Part shown: one piece after another, positions 8,139 through 15,300 of the stretch
Position numbering within the stretch: position 1 is the first letter of the stretch
How the letters are laid out: each line of letters begins with the position of its first letter
Source of the DNA: Deferribacterales bacterium
GTDB taxonomy: Bacteria; Chrysiogenota; Deferribacteres; Deferribacterales; Geovibrionaceae
NCBI GenBank assembly: GCA_050253335.1
Contig: JBFWJG010000047.1
Span: 1-17,183, forward strand
Length of the DNA stretch: 17,183 bases
Direction: 5' to 3'
Program-made: the position numbers and the translations under genes
Notes under the pieces: generated by a model
What the model was told of the DNA's origin: nothing
The model's input: the letters and a program-made list of their open reading frames with translations, nothing else
Database searches by the model: none

Positions 8139-8801
8139 ATGCGGATGTATGATCTGCACACCCACACGGTTTTCAGCGACGGAGTCCTTGTCCCTGCCGA
8201 ATCTGCGCGCAGGGCGGAAAAGGCCGGCTATGGCGGCATGGCGTTCACCGACCATGCGGATGATTCCAACCTGCTTCTGGTTCTTGAGAATCTGCTGCGG
8301 TTCAAGGAGCGCTTCAACATGGAATCGCCGGAGTTTAAGGTGCTCGCAGGAGTTGAGCTCACCCATGTTCTGCCTTCGTCCGTGGCAAGGCTAGTTGACG
8401 AGGCCAGACGCTTCGGCGCCGATCTGGTTATTGTTCACGGTGAAACCCTCACTGAGCCGGTGGCGGAGGGCACAAACCGTGCGGCCATAGAAGCCGGAGC
8501 GGACATTCTGGCGCATCCGGGACTCATTTCCGCGGAGCTTTGCAGGCTTGCGGCGGAAAAGGGCGTTCATCTTGAGATAACCACAAGAAAAGGGCACTCC
8601 CTTTCAAACGGCTATGTTGCGAAAACGGCCCTTGAAAACGGCGCGTCCCTTGTCATCAACAACGATTTTCACGCTCCCGGGGATGCGGTGAGCGCACAGC
8701 AGGCGGAAAGAATACTTCTCGGCGCGGGGCTCAGCAATGAGCAGGCGGCAGAAGTTTTTGAAAATAATAAAAAACTTTTTTTAAGAAAACTGGGAGGCTA
8801 A
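8139..8801 (+). CDS. PHP-domain metal-dependent phosphoesterase (histidinol phosphatase-like)
   Basis: DLHTHTVFSDG, FTDH, GVELTH, VHGET, ILAHPG and NNDFH metal-ligand motifs. Confidence 0.88.
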   Translation: MRMYDLHTHTVFSDGVLVPAESARRAEKAGYGGMAFTDHADDSNLLLVLENLLRFKERFNMESPEFKVLAGVELTHVLPSSVARLVDEARRFGADLVIVHGETLTEPVAEGTNRAAIEAGADILAHPGLISAELCRLAAEKGVHLEITTRKGHSLSNGYVAKTALENGASLVINNDFHAPGDAVSAQQAERILLGAGLSNEQAAEVFENNKKLFLRKLGG

Positions 8802-8802
8802 G

Positions 8803-9375
8803 GTGGTCAGGAAGAGAAAACAGCCCGTTCAGGAAGTGCCGATCGATAAAGTCGAAGACTTTATGCTTCAGAACTACAAAAAAATAGTGATGATCGTGGG
8901 CGCATGTCTGCTTGTTTTTGTGGCGGCTTACACAGTGCGCCAGATTATGGCGGTGAGTGCCGCCAAAGCCGATACGGAAATCGGAATAACAGAAGCGAAG
9001 ATGGCATCAAGCGGCGCAAATGCCGAAGGTCTCGCGGCCTTTAAGGCTCTTGCAGGCAAAAAATCCGCCTCAAAAAATTATATATATCTCAAAGCGGGAA
9101 TTATAGAAGCTAACAACGGTCTGCCCGATGCGATGAAAACCCTCGGCTCTGTTGAAGGCGAGCTTGCTGAGCTTGCCAAAGGGCTTGCTTATGACATGGG
9201 TTCATCGGATGTTGATCCCAAGGCTTACATCGCTTCCGGTAAAATGAAGCCCCTCTGGTATTACAGAGCGGTACTTGCCGCTCAGGGTGAGGAAAAAACG
9301 AAGCTCCTTGAGGAGTTCGGTTCAAAATATCCCGAAAATGCTCTCTATGAAATGGTTAAAAGGTGGGAAAGCTAA
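8803..9375 (+). CDS. Hypothetical membrane-anchored helical protein (YfgM/TPR-like topology)
   Basis: GGAGG RBS and GTG start. One hydrophobic segment (IVMIVGACLLVFVAAYTV) followed by an Ala/Lys-rich helical region. Packed tightly between the PHP gene and iorA. The family assignment is a guess. Confidence 0.7.
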   Translation: MVRKRKQPVQEVPIDKVEDFMLQNYKKIVMIVGACLLVFVAAYTVRQIMAVSAAKADTEIGITEAKMASSGANAEGLAAFKALAGKKSASKNYIYLKAGIIEANNGLPDAMKTLGSVEGELAELAKGLAYDMGSSDVDPKAYIASGKMKPLWYYRAVLAAQGEEKTKLLEEFGSKYPENALYEMVKRWES

Positions 9376-11121
9376 ATGAAGGAAGTTTTAAGCGGAAACG
9401 AGGCGTTTGCCAGAGGAGCGTATGAATACGGGGTGAAGGTTGTCAGCTCATACCCCGGAACGCCCAGTACCGAGATTACGGAGCATGTGGCTCAGTATGA
9501 CGAAATATACAGCGAATGGGCGACCAACGAGAAGGTTGCCCTTGAAACGGTTATAGGCGCATCCCTTGCGGGAAGGCGCGCCATGACCTGTATGAAGCAT
9601 GTGGGGCTGAATGTCGCGGCCGATCCGCTGATGACAGTCTCCTACACCGGCGTGAACGGCGGTCTGGTGATTGTTGTCGCTGACGACCCCAACATGTTCA
9701 GCTCTCAGAACGAGCAGGACAGCAGGCATTACGCCCGTCTGGCGAAGGTTCCCATGCTTGAGCCCGCAGACAGCCAGGAAGCCAAGGACTTCATCGGCAT
9801 CGCCCTTGAAATGTCCGAAAAATACTGCACTCCGGTTCTTGTGCGCTCATGCACAAGGATTTCCCACAGCAAATCTGTTGTGAAGCTTAAAGCCAGAAAC
9901 ACTCCTCCGGTATTTGAACCGGAAAATGACATAAAAAAATGGGTTATGGTTCCCGCAAATGCCAGAGTGCGCCACAAGATTGTTGAAAACAGGCTTGAAA
10001 AACTCTCCGACTGCGCGGACACAGGCAGGCTCACCATCAACCCCGTGGAGTTCCGCAGTGATGAGATAGGCATAATCTGTGCCGGAGTCACATATCACTA
10101 TGTTAAAGAAGCAATGCCCGAAGCGTCGATCCTTAAACTGGAGATGGTTTATCCTATCTGTTTTGAAAAGATAAAACGCTTCGCCGAGAAGGTTAAGAAA
10201 CTTTATGTGGTTGAGGAGCTTGACAGGTTCATAGAAAACGAGCTTAAAGCAGCCGGAATCGAAGTTCAGCCTCTGAACAGAAGCGTCTGCGGCGAGCTTT
10301 CCGTGGATGAGGTTAGGAAGCTTTTCGGAAAAAGCGTCAAGGAACCCGCTTTCGATCCCAAACAGCTTCCGGCGCGCCCGCCGAACATGTGCCCGGGCTG
10401 TTCGCACAGGGGCATGTTTTATGCCATAGCGAAGCTTAAACTTTTCGCCGCCGGGGACATAGGCTGCTACACCCTCGGTCTTCTGCCGCCTCTCAGCGCT
10501 ATCAACTCCACGGTGTGCATGGGAGCGAGCATCCCCATGGCACACGGTATGGATAAGGCCACTGACGGCGCATTGGCGAAAAAGTCGGTTGCTGTTATAG
10601 GCGACTCCACATTCTTCCACACAGGGATAAACGGTCTGCTTAACTCTGCATATAACGCAGGAACATCAACAGTCATAATTCTGGACAACAGAATAACAGG
10701 CATGACCGGACACCAGCCGAACCCGGGAACCGGGTGCACCATAAAAGGCGCGCCGACACAGAGAATCAACTTCCCCAAGCTTCTTGAAGCTATGGGTATT
10801 CAGAATATCAGAACAGTGAATCCCTTTGATCCCGATGAATGCGTAAAAGTGCTGAAAGAGGAAACCGCAAAAGAGGAACTCAGTGTCATTATTACTGATA
10901 AGCCCTGTATTTTCGCTGACAGAAGCGTTATCAGGCCTCCTTTCTTTGTGGATGTGAATAACTGTTCAGGCTGTACAATCTGCACAAGGCTCGGATGCCC
11001 CGCTATTCTCTGGAACAAAGAGGAGAAAAGGGCGTTCATAGACGAATCCCTCTGCACAGGCTGTGAGCTCTGTGTTAAGGTATGCAGGTTTGACGCAATT
11101 CATCAAAGGGGCAGTAAATGA
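9376..11121 (+). CDS. iorA: Indolepyruvate ferredoxin oxidoreductase alpha subunit
   Basis: SGNEAFARG, YPGTPSTEI, NEKVALE, MKHVGLNVAAD, SSQNEQD, RPPNMCPGCSHR, TPP motif GDSTFFHTG..DNRITGMTG and a C-terminal 2x[4Fe-4S] ferredoxin domain. Confidence 0.95.
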   Translation: MKEVLSGNEAFARGAYEYGVKVVSSYPGTPSTEITEHVAQYDEIYSEWATNEKVALETVIGASLAGRRAMTCMKHVGLNVAADPLMTVSYTGVNGGLVIVVADDPNMFSSQNEQDSRHYARLAKVPMLEPADSQEAKDFIGIALEMSEKYCTPVLVRSCTRISHSKSVVKLKARNTPPVFEPENDIKKWVMVPANARVRHKIVENRLEKLSDCADTGRLTINPVEFRSDEIGIICAGVTYHYVKEAMPEASILKLEMVYPICFEKIKRFAEKVKKLYVVEELDRFIENELKAAGIEVQPLNRSVCGELSVDEVRKLFGKSVKEPAFDPKQLPARPPNMCPGCSHRGMFYAIAKLKLFAAGDIGCYTLGLLPPLSAINSTVCMGASIPMAHGMDKATDGALAKKSVAVIGDSTFFHTGINGLLNSAYNAGTSTVIILDNRITGMTGHQPNPGTGCTIKGAPTQRINFPKLLEAMGIQNIRTVNPFDPDECVKVLKEETAKEELSVIITDKPCIFADRSVIRPPFFVDVNNCSGCTICTRLGCPAILWNKEEKRAFIDESLCTGCELCVKVCRFDAIHQRGSK

Positions 11122-11690
11122 AAGATATTAACATATTAATGATAGGCGTGGGGGGACAGGGAACTGTTCTCTCCAGCGATATAGTCTGCGATGTTGCCCT
11201 TGCGGGTGACGCGGATGTGAAGAAAAGCGAGATCCACGGAATGGCGCAGAGAGGCGGCAGTGTTGTTTCCCATGTGCGCATCGGGGCTAAGGTTCTTTCC
11301 CCCGTTATTCCAGTCGGCGAGGCGGATATTGTTATCTCTTTTGAGAACATGGAGTTTCTGCGTTATCCTGACTACGCCGGAAAAAACACATCTCTGGTGG
11401 TCAGCACACACCGGATTTATCCCCCTTCCGTTGCGGGCGGTCAGGAGATATATCCTGCCGAACAGGCGGAGGATACAAAAAAGGCTTTTAAAGAGGTCTT
11501 CGAGATAGACGCCATGAAAACCGCCACAGCCATAGGCAACTCAAAAGTGGCCGGAATGGTTATGCTGGGCAAACTTGCCGCCCTGCTTCCTTTTGATGCG
11601 GAGCTCTGGCGCGGCGTGATCTCCAAAAAGGTTCCGCCCAAAACAGTTGAAGTAAACCTTGCGGCGTTTGACGCGGGTTATCAGCTTTAA
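11118..11690 (+). CDS. iorB: Indolepyruvate ferredoxin oxidoreductase beta subunit
   Basis: GVGGQG, SEIHGMAQRGGSVVSHVRIG and C-terminal NLAAFDAGY. ATGA overlap with iorA. Confidence 0.94.
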   Translation: MKDINILMIGVGGQGTVLSSDIVCDVALAGDADVKKSEIHGMAQRGGSVVSHVRIGAKVLSPVIPVGEADIVISFENMEFLRYPDYAGKNTSLVVSTHRIYPPSVAGGQEIYPAEQAEDTKKAFKEVFEIDAMKTATAIGNSKVAGMVMLGKLAALLPFDAELWRGVISKKVPPKTVEVNLAAFDAGYQL

Positions 11691-11714
11691 TATTCTTCCC
11701 CGCAGTGACCAGCT

Positions 11715-12073
11715 AAGGAGGAGATTGTCTCTTATAGGCAATAACATCCCCCTTTGTAAAGGAGATTGAGGGGGATTTAATATCCTCTCAAACGAAACGT
11801 CGGCATGAGAATGTTTGGTTAATGATCAGGAAATCCTCCCCGCCCCTCCTTTGGAAAAGGAGGGAGATTGTCTCTTACCGGCAATAACATCCCCCTTTGT
11901 GAAGGAGATTGAGGGGGATTTAATATCCTCTCAAACGAAACGTCGGCATGAGAATGTTTGCTTAATGAACAGGAAAGCCTCCCCGTCCCTCCTTTGAGAA
12001 AGGAGGGGTTTGTCTCTTACCGGCAATAACATCCCCCTTTGCAAAGGGGGATTGAGGGGGATTTAATATCCTC
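11715..12073. repeat. Tandem array (~2.5 copies) of a 142-143 bp unit containing two inverted REP-like hairpins (BIME-like)
   Basis: GGCAATAACAT recurs at 11737, 11880 and 12022. Hairpin A, TCCCCCTTT-NN-AAAGG(G/A)G..GAGGGGGATTT, starts at 11747, 11890 and 12032. Its approximate reverse complement B, AAATCCTCCCCG-CCCCTCCTTT-NNN-AAAGGAGGG, starts at 11831 and 11974. Confidence 0.93.
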
Positions 12074-12094
12074 AGATAAACTTTTCTCAATAGT

Positions 12095-12127
12095 TTGAGA
12101 TTCTTCACCCTTAGGGTTCAGAATGAC
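12095..12127. repeat. Solo half of the GTCATTCTGA palindrome family
   Basis: GAGATTCTTCAC-CCTTAGG-GTTCAGAATGAC matches the right arm of the 5795-5870 element (GAGATTCTTCAC-TGC-GTTCAGAATGAC). Confidence 0.8.
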
Positions 12128-12195
12128 TTATAAGGAAACTTGTTTGCGGGCGGGCGGTTTCAGCCGCATCACAGGAAGCTGATACGGCGATTATG

Positions 12196-12231
12196 AACCT
12201 TGCGGCGTTTGATGCGGGTTACAGCTTCTGA
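12196..12231 (+). pseudogene. Diverged duplicate of the iorB 3' end (gene remnant)
   Basis: AACCTTGCGGCGTTTGATGCGGGTTA-CAGCTT (12196-12227) versus AACCTTGCGGCGTTTGACGCGGGTTATCAGCTT (11655-11687): one substitution and one indel. Translates NLAAFDAGYSF* versus NLAAFDAGYQL*. Confidence 0.7.
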
Positions 12232-12260
12232 TTTTCAGCTTTTTCTAATCATGTAGTTTT

Positions 12261-12292
12261 AAGGCAGAGAGCGTATGCTTTCTGCCTTTTTT
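12261..12292 (+). terminator. Rho-independent terminator
   Basis: AAGGCAGAGAGC-GTAT-GCTTTCTGCCTT stem (one G-U pair) running into a T tract. Confidence 0.85.
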
Positions 12293-12342
12293 ATTTGAGA
12301 ATTTTTTGTTTCGTTTAGTTTTTATTAGAACATAATTTTAAT

Positions 12343-12371
12343 TTGATATTAATGTTCAGTTCGTGTAAAAT
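12343..12371 (+). promoter_or_regulatory. Putative sigma70 promoter of the autotransporter gene
   Basis: TTGATA (12343-12348), 17 bp, TAAAAT (12366-12371). AT-rich upstream region. RBS GGAGG at 12388-12392. Confidence 0.7.
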
Positions 12372-12399
12372 ACAACAATATTTATTCGGAGGATGCTGA

Positions 12400-15300
12400 A
12401 TGCTGTTTGTTAATATCTGCATTAAAAGATTTTTTTTATCATTACCCATATCCTGCTTCAGGGTGCTGAGCATTTTGATATTCATTGTTTTCTTATCATC
12501 AAGTGCATCAGCGCTTGATATTGCAGAAAATGACGAGATTTTGTTAAGCAATAACCCGGGCATACTTTTATCGGATCTGAACTTTACCTCTCCTGTATCA
12601 AGCCTCCAGCCGGGACGCTTTGTAATTGACACTTCGGATACGATGAGCGGTTTGTTCAGCGGTGCGGCTGATACCCATGCAGTGTTCAGAATAGAGGAGG
12701 GAGTAACCTTTTCTGTTCTAAACCGTTTATCCAGTGCGTTTAATACCTCAGGGCAAATAAGCTTTACAGGTGCCGGAGAAGTAAACTTTTCCGGTAATAC
12801 TGAGAATATTTTCGGCGGTGCAGTCTATGCCGAAGGGGATATATCTTTCAGCAGTTCGGCAGTTTTTTCAAACAACTTTGCTTTAACCGGCAGCGGCGGT
12901 GCTCTTTTCTCCAATAACGGAAGTGTATATCTGGCTGACGGAACACGTTTTTCAGGTAACTCTACAGCGAATCTCGGAGGCGGGATATTCGCTGCCCAAA
13001 ATATTGAGTTCGGCGACAGTGCTGTTGTGGAGAATAATAGCGGCGGGGAAGGCGGCGCACTCGCAGCCGTGGGCAGTGTTATATTCGGCGATGATGCTGA
13101 GCTGAGAGGCAACATAGCAACATTCGGACAGGGCGGAGCAGTTGTATCCGGCATGGGTGACATAATCTTTGGGGATGGAGCAATTGTCTCCTACAACACT
13201 GCTGATCAGGCAGGCGGTGCACTCTGGTCGGGTAATGATATTGTTTTCGGAGATAATGCATCGCTCACAGGCAATACATCCACAGCAAGAAGCGGAGGAG
13301 CTCTCAACGCCTACAACGGTGTGGAATTCGGTAATGATGCAGTTATCATGAACAACACCGCAGGACGTGGAGCAGGCGGGGTTTATTCAGGCATCGGGGG
13401 TGTCACTTTCGGAAATAACGCTGCTCTTATCGGAAATACAGCTCAAAGCGGTCACGGCGGTGCTGTTTCCTCAGGAGCGACAGCTTCATTCGGGGACAAT
13501 GCGCTCTTATCAGGCAATACAGCCACCGGTGTCGGTGGTGCTGTTTCTGCCACTGATGTTATTTTCGGCGAGGATGCAGAAATTACAAATAACTCGGCTG
13601 TTGTTTCCGGAGCCATATATTCATCAACAAGTGCGGTTTTCGGCAACGGTGTGAAGCTTTCGGAGAATACTTCAACCAACGGTCATGGCGGTGCAGTTTA
13701 CTCAGATGGAACGGTAAGCTTCGGCGATAATGCCGAGCTCAGCGGTAACAGTGCTTATCTTTACGGCGGTGCCGTTTATTCAATGGGTGCGGTTACTTTC
13801 GGAAACGGTGCGAAGATTTTTGATAATACCGCTGCTTACGGCGGTGCGCTTCTCATATATAACGGTGCTGTTTTCGGTGATAACACAGAATTTAAGGATA
13901 ATACGGCAGATTACACTGCCGGAGCGGTTTATGCTGTCATGGGTGATCTTGAGTTCGGTGACGGCGCAGTTATTATTGATAATACTGCCGGAGGAGCCGG
14001 AGCGCTTTATACCTCAGCAGGGAGTATAACTTTCGGGAACAACGCAGTTCTCACCGGAAACGAAGCGGAAAGCGGCGACGGCGGTGCTGTTCTCTCGGGA
14101 ATGATAGCCTCATTCGGAGACAATGCGCTTTTGTCGGATAACACGGCTTTCAACTACGGCGGTGCCGTGTGGGCAGGGGATGTTATTTTCGGCGAGGACG
14201 CGGAGATAACAAATAATACCGCTTACACCACCGGAGCAGTATATGCATATGCCAGTGCGGTTTTCGGCAATGGTGTGAAACTTTCGGAGAATGTTTCAAC
14301 CGGCGGTCATGGCGGTGCCGTTTACTCAGAGGGAATGGTAAGCTTCAGCGATGATGCCGAGCTGAGCGGTAACAGTGCTTATTTATACGGCGGTGCTGTT
14401 TATTCAATGGATGCGGTTACTTTCGGAAACGGCGCAAAGATTTTTGATAATACCGCTGCTTACGGCGGTGCGCTTCTCACATATAACGGTGCTGTTTTCG
14501 GTGATAACACAGAGTTTAAGGATAACACGGCAGACTACACTGCCGGAGCTGTTTATGTTGTCAGCGGTGATCTTGAGTTCGGTGACGGCGCGGTTATTAT
14601 GAACAATACTGCCGGAGCAGCCGGAGCCCTTTATGCCTCAGCAGGAAATATTACTTTCGGGGATAATGCATCGCTTAGCGGAAATGAAGCGGAAAACGGC
14701 AACGGAGGCGCTGTTCTCTCTGGAATGACAGCCTCATTCGGAGACAATGCGCTTTTGTCTGGTAATACTGCTTTCGGCTCCGGCGGTGCAGTTTATTCAG
14801 GGGGCGCAGTGAGCTTCGGAACGGAAGCAAAGCTTTCTGATAACACGGCAGCTCACGGCGGTGCCGTTTATTCAGCCGCGGGGGATGTCGTTTTCGGGAA
14901 TAATACCTCATTGACTGACAATACAGCCTCGGTTTCCGGAGGCGCAGTCTATGCAGGAGGAAATGTTACATTTAATGCCGAAGGTGACGGTGTTACGCTT
15001 ATTTCCGGAAATCTTGCCGGAGGCGAGGCCAATTCAATATTCTTCGCGGCGGACGGCTCAATACTAACCGTTAATACTGAAGATGAATCTGTCGTTGATA
15101 TGCGTGATTCCGTGTCCGTGACGGATTCAGCATCGGTTAATGTTGTTAAAACAGGTTCGGGAGTATGGAAGCTCGGCGGTGTTAATGATTTTGGCGGAGG
15201 TTCCCTGCAAATAGCGGAGGGGACTCTTTACTTATACAGAGAAAATGAAGTTTCCAACGGGTATGATTCCCTTGGCGGTGAAAAAGGTGTCGCTTTCGGA

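Noticed and set aside
7431..11690. Phytohormone (cytokinin plus auxin) biosynthesis cluster from LOG and IOR
   Set aside because: Most bacterial LOG homologs are general nucleotide monophosphate nucleosidases, and IOR acts in aromatic amino acid catabolism. No isopentenyltransferase or other supporting gene is present.
11815..11997. 60-aa ORF
   Set aside because: It lies wholly in the repeat array. Unit lengths of 142, 143 and 144 bp do not preserve frame, so it is not under coding constraint.
11715..12073. CRISPR array
   Set aside because: The sequences between palindromes are near-identical in every unit (no unique spacers), the period is ~143 bp, and there are no cas genes in the window.
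11715..12292. Type III toxin-antitoxin RNA repeat array
   Set aside because: The layout of repeats followed by a terminator is superficially similar, but the units are far longer than ToxI/CptI/TenpI repeats and the downstream gene is an autotransporter, not a small RNase toxin.
12315..12632. 105-aa minus-strand ORF
   Set aside because: It overlaps the autotransporter start, RBS and promoter on the opposite strand and has no recognisable domain.
13555..14800. Diversity-generating retroelement TR/VR pair
   Set aside because: Differences between the copies are not restricted to adenines, both copies are in-frame parts of one CDS, and no reverse transcriptase is nearby.
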